A stretch of DNA of 64,000 nucleotides, from NCBI RefSeq assembly GCF_039654945.1, contig NW_027361788.1, positions 41,292,001-41,356,000 on the forward strand, read 5' to 3'. Shown here piece by piece: positions 10,013 through 24,700 of the stretch. The translations under genes were made by a program, and so were the position numbers. The notes below the pieces were generated by a model that was not told the origin of the DNA, did no database searches, and saw only the letters and a list, made by a program, of their open reading frames with translations. The stretch comes from Dendrobates tinctorius. Lineage: Eukaryota. The stretch's first letter is position 1, and the number at the start of each line of letters is the position of its first letter.

Positions 10013-13000
10013 TCACCTCTGCTCTTTAAAACTTTGGTGCAGATTTTCAGCCTGAGACTTCAGCTGGCGAAACTCCTCCTGGATGTAATCTGTTATCGCT
10101 TTCCTCATCTCCACCTACAGAGAATTACAAGACAGTAATGCAGCCGCTACAGAGCAAGGACCAAAAAATATGGTGAAAAATCCCACAGACAGTGGAACAG
10201 GCAGGATAGTGATGGTGGAACAGACCAAACCATAAATGTCTCACGGGTATGGAGTCTTATTTACTCAGCTCGGCACATGCCCTTTAACTCCTTCCTGCTC
10301 CATTACATACTATGTCATGGAGCGGATGCAGGAGCTGAACCCGCTCACATAGGGCAGATGCCGACTGTGTTATACATCCAGCACCTGCTCCTAATAGTAG
10401 TGATCGGATCTAACAGTTTCAGTCTCCAACAGCGGCATTTAAGTGCTGCAATCCTACTGAGGCATCCATTTCAGGGCTCATCTTCCAATCTAAATCGCAA
10501 TGTGCCAATGGGTTACCAAAGCAGTTTGGGACTGAAAAGTACAAAAAAAAATTAAAAAAATATGAAAAGAATAAAAATATATTACAATTCAAACTATCCC
10601 CTCTTAACTCCTCCAAACGGGAATTAAAAAAATAAATGAAAGAAACGTGGTATCACCACGTCTGTAAAATTCTAATCAAAGTATAAAGTTCTTCAACCCA
10701 TAAAAGGAAAAAAAATTAAATTAAAAAGCTAATGGTCAAAATTGCTTTTTTTCTGGTGCTGCCCTTCACTCAAAAATACAATAAAAGGCAAAATATTGAT
10801 TTGTATGTACCCCAAAATGGTAGCAATAAAACAAGTCAGCTTGGCACGCAAAAACAAGCTCTCGAGCTGGAAAAAAAAACCAATCAAAATATTATGGGTT
10901 TGAAAAAATGGCAACACAAACAAATTCAATTTTTTTTTTTTAATACAAAACTCACAATTTTTTAAGCCACTAAAATGATAAAGATTCAATGGGAATATAA
11001 AGCGATGGTATGTGTCCTAATGCTACGCCATCACTCTGCGAGATGGGAATACCCCCTTATTGGAGTGGTCACAGACCCGACCAGTCATTAGACCCATGCG
11101 GCTCATTTTTTATTGTGCCGATATTACCATCCTCATGATATCAGTGGTATGGGCTCAGCTACTCAGAGACTGCAAGGTGTCTCTAATCCACCGGCAAGCA
11201 TAATGACCTTTGATGAAGCCAAGGAAAAGTGTAAGGATCTTACAGGCGTCCTGCACTCAGCTCTTAACTTCTCCACCACAGACGCGACGCTGAACGGGCT
11301 CCCAACAAGCACGGTAATCTTCTGCAGGGAAGAGAAGAAATGGAGACATTGATATAACTGCTCTGGAAATCTATAGCTCCAGTCATTATCAGACCCTTGA
11401 GTCCTGGGAAGTGACGGGATAGGGGATAAGTGTCAGATCGTGCATCCCACCTCATCACTCGTGAGAATGGAAGTACTGTGTCCATTGTATGAATGTAGGG
11501 GTGGTGAAGTGAGAAATTGCGCTGGTATGGGTCATATACATGATGCTGAATCAGAGGGAGTCGCAATAAACACCTACCTGTCCCCATCGCGGCACATAGG
11601 GCGGATCGTTTGGGAGCACATCGTTCATTCCTGGGGTACAAGGGGGCAACATTACAATCTTTGTATACGCATAGAAAATATATAAAAAAGTGTTATATCA
11701 TCTCAATCAGTATTTCCTGATTAGGTAACATACGAAACATGCGTTGGGGCGACGGGGAGCATTGTGACTGACTATTCATTCTGTAAGTAATTTTTACTCT
11801 ATTTTGTTATCGCAAGAATGCCATCTAACCATAGATTAGGTAGTGTCATTCTGATATTTCATAGCTAGCCACTATTTATACTGATTTTTCAGCTATTACT
11901 GGTTAGGCATTAAAGCTACACGTAGTGTGGCTTATTAAGATTTGACGTCATTGTGAGTTCATGTCATTTTGTTATTGCACGTGTCAGTTGTTTTGCTCAT
12001 CTTTATTTGCTTATTGGTCTTGGTTTGGATTTTTAGAAAAAAAATGTTTTTCAATAAAATATAGGTTTTATTTGGAATTATACTCTTGGCTCTGTTCTTT
12101 GGTGTTGATATGTAATGTTATGAGTTATTCCTGAATTGATTAACTGGGCATTTGTGTAACATTGCATCAGTCATCGCCTGCAGGACTGATGTCATGTCAA
12201 AAGGGCTGCAGCTAATCAGCTCAGAGCAATTTGTGCCATCTACATTGGCAGAGCCACTGGGCTCGGTTATTGTCTGCAATGCAGTCGACGTGATGTTCTC
12301 GCTGCTGGTTTCTTTCTCCAAGTCCCTATAGAGCTAACAATGTGCTGTGCACCAGGCAGAAACGGCGGCCATGCTGTTATTTAATACCAAAAAGTAATGT
12401 TCAAAGACATACGGAGGACAGTCAGTACTTACCGACGTGCCAGAGAGGGAGGATGACGGGATTCAGGGTGCACTCTGATATTAATCGGCCGATGCCTAAA
12501 AAGATGAGCAGCGATGACCACATGCACAATATCTACCAAACCCATCTCAATTTCGGACAATGTCTTCAGCACTCACCCCACTTCAGCCTCATGAAATCTT
12601 GTGTCATGTTAACTTTTCCTAAGGGCAAACCAAAACTTTAGGAAAATGCAGCAGCAGCAGCAGCCGCTGAAGCTAGCAATCCAGGATCAGAGAAGATGGA
12701 CAGAAGCTGCAGAGACGCTGCTGCACGTCCATAGCTGGGTGATGGGGTATATCTTATATATGGGATCGGGGGTCATTACCTTCAGGAAACACGTGCACCC
12801 ATTCTCCATTGTTCAGCCGCTCCACAATAAAGTCCATCCCTTTCTGATATACTCCATCTCCTGCATGATGACAAGATGCAAATGATGATGCTGGGGGTTG
12901 TAGTCTTATAACAGCTAGAGCCAAAAGGTTGCAGATTAAAGTTCTACAGACTTAAGCAGAAAAAAAAAATTCTATAAACCTGCAGATATGGGTTAATCTG

Positions 13001-16000
13001 CAGGTTAATAGCATTAGTATGCTGCCTGGTGCCCGCACTTAGACTAGGTTCAGATTTGCGGATGTCAGAGCTACAGAGAGCTGCGGAGTTCCTCCGTGAA
13101 GCTCCGCCTACTGCCGCACCTCCTCCGTTCAGCTCCGCCTATGTCTGCATGCGGTCTGCGTACCTATCTTTAACATTGGGTATGCAGGCCATGCGGATGT
13201 ATGCGGATGCGTCGGTTTGACGCTGCGGCGACCGCAACAAAATGCAACATGTTGTGTTCGCCGCATACATCTACACGGCCTGCGTACCCAATGTTAAAGA
13301 TAGGTACGCAGACCGCATGCACACTTTGGCGGAGGTCAACAGAGGAGGTGCGGCAGTGGGCGGAGCTTCACGGAGGAACTATGCAGCTCTCCGGAGCTCT
13401 GACATCTGTAAATGTGAAACCAGCCTAAGCCGAATGATGCGGGTAGAAAATTAAATTTATCCCCCCCCGGCCGCAATCACGTTTCAGTCATCGCTTTGAG
13501 TATACAGCGCAGGGCGGTACCCATGCTTCCAGTACTGACTGACAACCGCTGCTCTGTATACTCAGAGCAATGACTGAACCAGTGCAGTGACTGAATCCGC
13601 TCCCCCGGTCCTGACTGACAGCCGCTGCTCTGTATACTCAAAGCGATGACTGAACCCGCTCTTGCGCCGGGAGCGCAATTACAGCCGTTGCTCTGTATAC
13701 TTAGAGCGGTGACTGAACCCACTCTGGCGCGAAACCGGAACGCTGCCGGGAAAATAAAGTACATTTTTGCTAAGTGTAGGCGCTGGGCAGGTTAATAACG
13801 CTATAAACCTGCAGATTAACCCCATATCTGCAGGTTAATAGTGTTTTTTTTCTGGTGACAGGTTCCCTGTAAAGAAAAAAATAACCCTATGTGTGTGCGC
13901 TAAAAAAATTCTGCATACTTTATTTTTTCCATCTCCATTCAAAATCCCTGCTTGTTGTCAGTGAATAGGAACATTGCCACGTTCATCCAGAGGCTATAAA
14001 ATATATCAAAATAGGTGCACTGAATACTTCTCAGAACTTAAGGTTTCCCAGAACCATTTGTATTCCAGGCGAGTATATGCACACTGCACTTCACAACAGT
14101 CCTTTTCAGAGACATTAAGCATAAATGCACGCAGTGTACAGAGAAGATTTTTGGATGCATATCTTAATCATTTAATTTGAGTTTCTCATTCAGTCCCATC
14201 ACCCCCAGTATATAACCTCTGCCCACTCACCATGCCGTCTGCCTTTACTAACGTGACAGAACTAGAGGTTCAGAGCTCACTCATACCATAGTGGTCCTGT
14301 AACAGGAGCCACCGGGGTAACAAGTCTGTTCATTACATTTATTTCCTCCTGTATCTTCCCCTATCACCTGTGAGTAATATTATTGAGAAGTGGAAGGAAC
14401 CACAGCAACTCAGCCACAAAGTGGTAATATTACAGAGCAGGGGGCCCAAGTGCTTAGGAGCAGAGGGCAGAAAAGTCACCAAAGCTCTACTGACTCCATA
14501 TCTGCAGAGGCCAGACCTCCTCTGGTATCAACATCAGCACAAACACTGCGCCCCCACCGGAAGCTTCATGCAGCCGTACATCACCAAGCACAATGCTGAG
14601 CGTCTGAGTGGTGTAAAGCCGCCACCACTGGACTCTGGAGGAGACATGTTCTGTGCGGTGACAGATCACACTTCTCTATCTGGTGTCTGATGGAGGAGTC
14701 TGGGTTTGGTGAATGCCAGGAGAACGTTACCCCCTGACTGCATTGTGCCCCCTGTACAGATGGTGGAGGAGGATAATGCTATGGGATTGTTATCAGGTGT
14801 CGGCCTCAGCCCCTTGGTTCTAAGGAAGGGAAATCTTAATACTCCAGCACAAGACATTGTGGATAATTGTAGCCTCCAGCTTTGTGGGAACAGTTTGAGT
14901 AAAACCCTTTTCTGTTCCCCATGACTGTGCCTAGTGCACAATGTCCATACAGACATGGAGGGGAGTTTGGTGAAAAAACATAACCGGAAAGCACAGAGCC
15001 CGGACCTCAGCCCCATCCTATGATGGAGATTGTGAGCCCGGCCTCCCCCCACCATCAGGGTCTGAGCTCACAAATGCTCTTTTGGATGAAGGGGCAAAAA
15101 TTCCAGCAGACTCCTCCAAAATCTTGTGGAAATTCTTCCCAGAAGAGCGTGAGCCGTTATTTTGGCAGAGGGGCGACTCCATATTATGTCTGTGGATTTA
15201 GATTGAGGTCAGATAAAGCTCCTGTAGATGGAATGTGGAGGGGGCACATACTTTTCTCCATATAGTGTGTGTAATATAATATATATGACGGCCACATGCA
15301 CTAACCTCGACACACTGGCACACACTTGCCCATACTGAAGAACCAGGAGTGGACCTCTTTTGTAAAACAGATATCCGCAGCAGTGGGGGTCCTAAGAGAA
15401 GGCACAGACATGTCAGTAAGTGGCCGTGATATACGTGGATGCCTCTGTGGGAACATGGGGGGGGGACACTCACCACCGCATCGTGCTCAGGTTCCACAGG
15501 TGCCTGAACTTTAGAATACCTGGAAGACAGAAGAGAATATTTTGTTACCTTCTCTTCATGGCATTCCAACTATTGCGAAACTACAACTCCTAGCATGTGT
15601 TGCGTCCAGCTGTCAGCGATTGCTAGGAGTTGTAGCATTTCAACAGTAGGAAAGCCACAGGTTCGGGACCACTATATTCAGTAATGGGTTCACCGGCATG
15701 ACACAAATGCCTCTCTCACTGGTGTCGGACGGCCAAATCACGAGTGCAGGATGAGCCCTATGGCGAGGGAGACTTACCCCACAGGTGAGGGTCGTCCATA
15801 CAGGACTGGTGGTTAGAGATGGTGATGAGCGGAGTGTCAGGCTGCCGCTTCTCGATCAGCTCATATAACACTTCTTTGTTGTGCACCCGCAGACTGTTCA
15901 TGTACTCTGTGATAACAATTGACAGCTACAGTCATTATACTTATCTACAATAAGGTGTCGGATTACCAGAAATTCCAGACTATTGGAATTATACAGACAA

Positions 16001-17155
16001 TGGGACCTAAACCATTACATCACGCACTGTCCGACTGCATCGTTTTACCATTAATCCAGGCTGGGATAATCATTGCTATGTGCCAGATTAGCAGTATTTC
16101 CAGACCACTGGATGTCCAATGTAGCTCAGGCATGGCTGCCTCGGCATCAATACCCTCCTAATGTCTTGACACCACAACTCTCAGCATGTCTAAACAATGA
16201 TAGAATCGGAACAATCCCTTATTAACCTCTTGCTGTCAAAGCCAATTTTCATTTCCATGACACCATATTTTTAGTGCATTTTTGGAGCATCTACAGCTAC
16301 CAAAAAAAAAAAAGCAATTCTGACATGCAGATATTTTTTCATTTACGGTGTTTACCACACAGTTAAAAAAAAATAATTGCTCTGTAGATCAGACTTTTAT
16401 GGACACAGAGATGCCAAACAGGTTCATAATTTATTTTTTTATTTTCAGATTGGGAAAAGCAAGTGATTTTTTTTTAAATTTTTTCGATTTCTTTTCCTTT
16501 TGCCCCTCCAGGGGTCTTGAACCATTTGTGCTCTTATACTTTATACAGCAAATAGTAACTATCACAATCTCCTATAGAGCCGGGCTCTACTTCATGGGAG
16601 TACAAAGATGGCAGCAAACGTGTGCGTGATTGACAGCAGGGAAAGAAGGTGTATTCCAATGTCATAATGGGATGGCACATTGCTTTACAATTGGGGGGAT
16701 CCAACCGCCGATCCTGAGACTGAAGGATCAACTTCAACGTAAAGGGGAAGAACCAGTGCTATCGGCCCCTCAATATCGTATTGGGGCGTCAGAGAGGGGA
16801 CACAGTGCTGAACAACATGGTCTCTTTTTCTGGCCAGATTGGTGGTGGTCCCGGAGGTTGGACCTCCTGCCAATCATAAAGTGATGACGTCGATAATATA
16901 TGGCATATTTTCTTTTACGGAATATGGACCCCATAAGGGGTCTTCTCTGCTACCCAGAGCTAATCTCAGACTTTATGTAACCTTGCATTACAACAGATAT
17001 GCTGGGAGTTGTAGTCACAACTTCTATGAGAAAGCCAAATACTTACTGGTCCATAACCAGCTGTAAGTGCCGACCAGCCCCGTGATCACCGTGCTGGTCA
17101 TATGCCGGTATACGTGTGACTTAACAGGGAACGGCCAGCTGACCACCAGCGGCAT
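10013..17155 (-). CDS. tafazzin: Tafazzin, cardiolipin transacylase (262 aa, 10 coding exons)
   Basis: Exons (minus) 17155-17047, 15906-15778, 15519-15474, 15391-15306, 12860-12780, 12618-12577, 12495-12433, 11630-11578, 11321-11244, 10114-10013. All are GT-AG and total 789 nt. Protein [10 protein letters not shown]...[14 protein letters not shown]...ADICFTK...[19 protein letters not shown]...HVFPEGKVN...KWGIGRLI; HxxxxD acyltransferase motif intact. Confidence 0.97.
11690..12110 (+). mobile_element. Probable Penelope-like non-autonomous insert with degenerate hammerhead, in a tafazzin intron
   Basis: CTGATTA g gta acat ac GAAAC atgc GTT gggg at ~11717-11749, followed by an AT-rich body and AATAAA near the 3' end. 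Boundaries approximate. Confidence 0.5.
12955..13872. mobile_element. MITE (inverted-repeat DNA element) hosting a nested palindromic MITE
   Basis: The ctataaacctgcagat...atctgcaggttaatag motif occurs at ~12972 and ~13801 in inverted arrangement. Confidence 0.6.
13040..13428. mobile_element. Palindromic PIF/Harbinger-like MITE
   Basis: Long inverted arms (gagctgcggagttcctccgtgaagctccgcc.. / ..ggcggagcttcacggaggaact..gcagctc), ending tgtgaaaccagcctaa. Confidence 0.7.
14190..15268 (+). mobile_element. Highly degenerate Tc1-like transposon
   Basis: Fragmentary transposase-like peptides ([30 protein letters not shown]) and a Tc1-type end catacttttctccatatagtgt. Confidence 0.65.
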
Positions 17156-17859
17156 CCTTCACCATACGTCAGCAGAGATCTGTGATAGCGGCACCAGAGA
17201 GAGGAAAGACGTTAGAATCCTTGGGGTATAATGACACGGCTGGCTGCACAAAGGTCTGATAATCTGGAATATTGGATAATCCGGAGATTAAATCACTGTC
17301 AACCTCTACAGTACACTGGATTATTATCAAAATGGCCACCAAGGCAGATACACGGCTACTCAGTCTTCTGACTGGCAAGTCCTGTGAAGCTCAACAAAGG
17401 GCCGAGTTTAAGGCTGCAGTATTACTATATATTGCAATGTATTTGGGGCTACGAATCATTTTTGCAATTCGGTTTCATGAAACATTTGGCTCCGTTTGCT
17501 TTTTCAGGCTCCTTGTTTCCCGACACAATTAACTTTCATGCTGTCTGAGGTCATAAGTCAGCTTAGAAAAAGCCAGGTAAAAGAGTTACAAACTCCCAGT
17601 CAGACCGCCACAGCGAGCTCACTGACGGATCCTTAGTTAGCTCACTCTGCAGCTAGCAATAGATGACACATTAAGACTATGAAAGGAGACAGTGCAAACT
17701 GTTTATTTAATCCCAATTGCAAACATTATTTCCAGCCCCAAATAAATGCATTTATGTAACAAGAAAAGACCCCTATCCCCAGAGGTGACATCCCCTTAAA
17801 TGTAGTTCCCATCTGTGCCCGGATGGGACATGCTCGCTAGTGCTGTATACACCGCCGCA

Positions 17860-18660
17860 GTGCTTGTATACGGGCTATACACTCACTACGTGCCGACACT
17901 TGTCCTTCATTACCGAGCACCCGGTCACTGCACCTCCCCCGCCTGCCCTCCATCACTTCCGGGGAGGCTCCTTAGGAAAGTCCGAGGCTTCGGCCTAGTC
18001 AAACGTGCTACTCTCGGGGGCTGACATCCGGCTTTTCCCATGTGTGGTGGCAAAACTGGGGCTGAGCAGTGCGGGGGGCCAGGGGTGTGCACGTCCTGGG
18101 GGCCGCCATCTTGGCTGGGAGCCCACTCACCTGTGCGGACGGGGGGCTTCATTCACACGAGTCGTGCACTAGTTTCTTGTGTCTGCCTGCAGCCTCGTCA
18201 CTGCTCACTAGAGGGAGCTCCAGCATGGCGGCCTCCATGTAGCTGAGCTGCTCGGCAATAGCTCTGCTTGCTGCCGGTGATTGGGAGCACTGTATGGTTC
18301 TAGCCTGTGAGGGGTTGCTGCAATGTACCATTAATCCTATGGGGAATGTATGATAACACCGTAGGAGAGCAGCGTCCATCTGTGTATAATGGGAGGAGAA
18401 GACGCAGTTATTGGGGGTCCTGACGCCACAGCCCCCTTATGGCCGGGGTGTAGATGAGTGGGCGATGTATGATCTGCTCTTACTACAGGGTGTCCATGGA
18501 TGTCCTCTGTATACTAACAACTATCCATAGAACTGCGGGTCATTGCGGACACCCTACAGCTGCTGCTCCAGGAAACCCCAATGGCTGCAGAGTGGACACC
18601 GAGGCGGCATAGTGTGTATTCTGTGCTGCTGCTATACACGGCGCAGAGCGTGAGTAATGT
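17860..18660. promoter_or_regulatory. CpG-rich promoter region of tafazzin (possibly bidirectional)
   Basis: ETS/GABP site ACTTCCGG at 17955-17962 and YY1-type sites GCCGCCATCTTG (18102-18113) and CATGGCGGC (18224-18232) in opposite orientations. Minus-strand donors near 17886, 17913 and 18130 could splice to the acceptor at 17180-17181. Confidence 0.6.
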
Positions 18661-18747
18661 CTATTACCTGTCTGCACAGGACGGGTAACAGATCCTGCTA
18701 CAACGTGGAGCCTTAGGCCGTGTTCAGGCAGATGTATTCACAATCCG

Positions 18748-21700
18748 CACACGGCCCGCGGTGCCCAGACGGTCCATACACGGCCCAGATGATCCATACA
18801 CGGCCCACAATGCCCAGACGGTCCATACACGGCACACAATGCCCAGACGGTCCATACACGGCCCACAATGCCCAGACGGTCCATACACGGCCCAGATGAT
18901 CCATACACGGCCCACAATGCCCAGACGGTCCATACACGGCCCACAATGCCCAGACGGTCCATACACGGCACACAATGCCCAGACGGTCCATACACGGCCC
19001 ACAATGCCCAGACGGTCCATACACGGCCCAGATGATCCATACACGGCCCACAATGCCCAGACGGTCCATACACGGCCCAGATGATCCATACACGGCCCAC
19101 AATGCCCAGACGGTCCATACACGGCCCACAATGCCCAGACGGTCCATACACGGCCCACAATGCCCAGACGGTCCATACACGGCCCAGATGATCCATACAC
19201 GGCCCACAATGCCCAGACGGTCCATACACGGCCCACAATGCCCAGACGGTCCATACACGGCCCAGATGATCCATACACGGCCCACAATGCCCAGACGGTC
19301 CATACACGGCCCAGACGGTCCATACACGGCCCAGATGATCCATACACGGCCCACAATGCCCAGACGGTCCATACACGGCCCACAATGCCCAGACGGTCCA
19401 TACACGGCCCAGATGATCCATACACGGCCCACAATGCCCAGACGGTCCATACACGGCCCAGACGGTCCATACACGGCCCAGATGATCCATACACGGCCCA
19501 GATGATCCATACACGGCCCACGATGCCCAGACGGTCCATACACGGCCCACAATGCCCAGACGGTCCATACACGGCCCAGATGATCCATACACGGCCCACG
19601 ATGCCCAGACGGTCCATACACGGCCCAGATGATCCATACACGGCCCACAATGCCCAGACGGTCCATACACGGCACACAATGCCCAGACGGTCCATACACG
19701 GCCCACAATGCCCAGACGGTCCATACACGGCCCAGATGATCCATACACGGCCCACAATGCCCAGACGGTCCATACACGGCCCAGATGATCCATACACGGC
19801 CCACGATGCCCAGACGGTCCATACACGGCCCACAATGCCCAGACGGTCCATACACGGCCCACAATGCCCAGACGGTCCATACACGGCCCACAATGCCCAG
19901 ACGGTCCATACACGGCCCAGATGATCCATACACGGCCCACAATGCCCAGACGGTCCATACACGGCCCACAATGCCCAGACGGTCCATACACGGCCCACAA
20001 TGCCCAGACGGTCCATACACGGCCCAGATGATCCATACACGGCCCACGATGCCCAGACGGTCCATACACGGCCCACAATGCCCAGACGGTCCATACACGG
20101 CCCAGATGATCCATACACGGCCCACGATGCCCAGACGGTCCATACACGGCCCAGATGATCCATACACGGCCCACAATGCCCAGACGGTCCATACACGGCA
20201 CACAATGCCCAGACGGTCCATACACGGCCCACAATGCCCAGACGGTCCATACACGGCCCACAATGCCCAGACGGTCCATACACGGCACACAATGCCCAGA
20301 CGGTCCATACACGGCCCACAATGCCCAGACGGTCCATACACGGCCCAGATGATCCATACACGGCCCACAATGCCCAGACGGTCCATACACGGCCCACAAT
20401 GCCCAGACGGTCCATACACGGCACACAATGCCCAGACGGTCCATACACGGCCCACAATGCCCAGACGGTCCATACACGGCCCAGATGATCCATACACGGC
20501 CCACAATGCCCAGACGGTCCATACACGGCCCAGATGATCCATACACGGCCCACAATGCCCAGACGGTCCATACACGGCCCACAATGCCCAGACGGTCCAT
20601 ACACGGCCCACAATGCCCAGACGGTCCATACACGGCCCAGATGATCCATACACGGCCCACAATGCCCAGACGGTCCATACACGGCCCACAATGCCCAGAC
20701 GGTCCATACACGGCCCAGATGATCCATACACGGCCCACAATGCCCAGACGGTCCATACACGGCCCAGACGGTCCATACACGGCCCAGATGATCCATACAC
20801 GGCCCACAATGCCCAGACGGTCCATACACGGCCCACAATGCCCAGACGGTCCATACACGGCCCAGATGATCCATACACGGCCCACAATGCCCAGACGGTC
20901 CATACACGGCCCAGACGGTCCATACACGGCCCAGATGATCCATACACGGCCCAGATGATCCATACACGGCCCACGATGCCCAGACGGTCCATACACGGCC
21001 CACAATGCCCAGACGGTCCATACACGGCCCAGATGATCCATACACGGCCCACGATGCCCAGACGGTCCATACACGGCCCAGATGATCCATACACGGCCCA
21101 CAATGCCCAGACGGTCCATACACGGCACACAATGCCCAGACGGTCCATACACGGCCCACAATGCCCAGACGGTCCATACACGGCCCAGATGATCCATACA
21201 CGGCCCACAATGCCCAGACGGTCCATACACGGCCCAGATGATCCATACACGGCCCACGATGCCCAGACGGTCCATACACGGCCCACAATGCCCAGACGGT
21301 CCATACACGGCCCACAATGCCCAGACGGTCCATACACGGCCCACAATGCCCAGACGGTCCATACACGGCCCAGATGATCCATACACGGCCCACAATGCCC
21401 AGACGGTCCATACACGGCCCACAATGCCCAGACGGTCCATACACGGCCCACAATGCCCAGACGGTCCATACACGGCCCAGATGATCCATACACGGCCCAC
21501 GATGCCCAGACGGTCCATACACGGCCCACAATGCCCAGACGGTCCATACACGGCCCAGATGATCCATACACGGCCCACGATGCCCAGACGGTCCATACAC
21601 GGCCCAGATGATCCATACACGGCCCACAATGCCCAGACGGTCCATACACGGCACACAATGCCCAGACGGTCCATACACGGCCCACAATGCCCAGACGGTC

Positions 21701-24700
21701 CATACACGGCCCAGATGATCCATACACGGCCCACAATGCCCAGACGGTCCATACACGGCCCAGATGATCCATACACGGCCCACGATGCCCAGACGGTCCA
21801 TACACGGCCCACAATGCCCAGACGGTCCATACACGGCCCACAATGCCCAGACGGTCCATACACGGCCCACAATGCCCAGACGGTCCATACACGGCCCAGA
21901 TGATCCATACACGGCCCACGATGCCCAGACGGTCCATACACGGCCCACAATGCCCAGACGGTCCATACACGGCCCACAATGCCCAGACGGTCCATACACG
22001 GCCCACAATGCCCAGACGGTCCATACACGGCCCAGATGATCCATACACGGCCCACAATGCCCAGACGGTCCATACACGGCCCACAATGCCCAGACGGTCC
22101 ATACACGGCCCACAATGCCCAGACGGTCCATACACGGCCCAGATGATCCATACACGGCCCACGATGCCCAGACGGTCCATACACGGCCCACAATGCCCAG
22201 ACGGTCCATACACGGCCCAGATGATCCATACACGGCCCACGATGCCCAGACGGTCCATACACGGCCCAGATGATCCATACACGGCCCACAATGCCCAGAC
22301 GGTCCATACACGGCACACAATGCCCAGACGGTCCATATACGGCCCACAATGCCCAGACGGTCCATACACGGCCCAGATGATCCATACACGGCCCACAATG
22401 CCCAGACGGTCCATACACGGCCCAGATGATCCATACACGGCCCACGATGCCCAGACGGTCCATACACGGCCCACAATGCCCAGACGGTCCATACACGGCC
22501 CACAATGCCCAGACGGTCCATACACGGCCCAGATGATCCATACACGGCCCACAATGCCCAGACGGTCCATACACGGCCCACAATGCCCAGACGGTCCATA
22601 CACGGCCCAGATGATCCATACACGGCCCACAATGCCCAGACGGTCCATACACGGCCCAGATGATCCATACACGGCCCACAATGCCCAGACGGTCCATACA
22701 CGGCCCAGACGGTCCATACACGGCCCAGATGATCCATACACGGCCCAGATGATCCATACACGGCCCACGATGCCCAGACGGTCCATACACGGCCCACAAT
22801 GCCCAGACGGTCCATACACGGCCCAGATGATCCATACACGGCCCACGATGCCCAGACGGTCCATACACGGCCCAGATGATCCATACACGGCCCACAATGC
22901 CCAGACGGTCCATACACGGCACACAATGCCCAGACGGTCCATACACGGCCCACAATGCCCAGACGGTCCATACACGGCCCAGATGATCCATACACGGCCC
23001 ACAATGCCCAGACGGTCCATACACGGCCCAGATGATCCATACACGGCCCACGATGCCCAGACGGTCCATACACGGCCCACAATGCCCAGACGGTCCATAC
23101 ACGGCCCACAATGCCCAGACGGTCCATACACGGCCCACAATGCCCAGACGGTCCATACACGGCCCAGATGATCCATACACGGCCCACAATGCCCAGACGG
23201 TCCATACACGGCCCACAATGCCCAGACGGTCCATACACGACCCACAATGCCCAGACGGTCCATACACGGCCCAGATGATCCATACACGGCCCACGATGCC
23301 CAGACGGTCCATACACGGCCCACAATGCCCAGACGGTCCATACACGGCCCAGATGATCCATACACGGCCCACGATGCCCAGACGGTCCATACACGGCCCA
23401 GATGATCCATACACGGCCCACAATGCCCAGACGGTCCATACACGGCACACAATGCCCAGACGGTCCATACACGGCCCACAATGCCCAGACGGTCCATACA
23501 CGGCCCAGATGATCCATACACGGCCCACAATGCCCAGACGGTCCATACACGGCCCAGATGATCCATACACGGCCCACGATGCCCAGACGGTCCATACACG
23601 GCCCACAATGCCCAGACGGTCCATACACGGCCCACAATGCCCAGACGGTCCATACACGGCCCACAATGCCCAGACGGTCCATACACGGCCCAGATGATCC
23701 ATACACGGCCCACGATGCCCAGACGGTCCATACACGGCCCACAATGCCCAGACGGTCCATACACGGCCCACAATGCCCAGACGGTCCATACACGGCCCAC
23801 AATGCCCAGACGGTCCATACACGGCCCAGATGATCCATACACGGCCCACAATGCCCAGACGGTCCATACACGGCCCACAATGCCCAGACGGTCCATACAC
23901 GGCCCACAATGCCCAGACGGTCCATACACGGCCCAGATGATCCATACACGGCCCACGATGCCCAGACGGTCCATACACGGCCCACAATGCCCAGACGGTC
24001 CATACACGGCCCAGATGATCCATACACGGCCCACGATGCCCAGACGGTCCATACACGGCCCAGATGATCCATACACGGCCCACAATGCCCAGACGGTCCA
24101 TACACGGCACACAATGCCCAGACGGTCCATACACGGCCCACAATGCCCAGACGGTCCATACACGGCCCAGATGATCCATACACGGCCCACAATGCCCAGA
24201 CGGTCCATACACGGCCCAGATGATCCATACACGGCCCACGATGCCCAGACGGTCCATACACGGCCCACAATGCCCAGACGGTCCATACACGGCCCACAAT
24301 GCCCAGACGGTCCATACACGGCCCACAATGCCCAGACGGTCCATACACGGCCCAGATGATCCATACACGGCCCACAATGCCCAGACGGTCCATACACGGC
24401 CCAGATGATCCATACACGGCCCACAATGCCCAGACGGTCCATACACGGCCCACAATGCCCAGACGGTCCATACACGGCCCACAATGCCCAGACGGTCCAT
24501 ACACGGCCCAGATGATCCATACACGGCCCACAATGCCCAGACGGTCCATACACGGCCCACAATGCCCAGACGGTCCATACACGGCCCAGATGATCCATAC
24601 ACGGCCCACAATGCCCAGACGGTCCATACACGGCCCAGACGGTCCATACACGGCCCAGATGATCCATACACGGCCCACAATGCCCAGACGGTCCATACAC

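Noticed and set aside
10270-11060. AT-rich DNA-transposon-like remnants in tafazzin introns (also ~16220-16740)
   Set aside because: Probably old MITE/Kolobok-type debris, but boundaries and family cannot be supported by eye.
12861-15305. Missing tafazzin exon 5 as a gene defect
   Set aside because: That exon is a primate-specific addition; the 262-aa form is the normal vertebrate isoform.
18149-18379. 76-aa minus ORF bounded by a plausible acceptor and donor as a coding exon
   Set aside because: It stops before the donor at 18130 and has no recognisable homology; at most a UTR exon.
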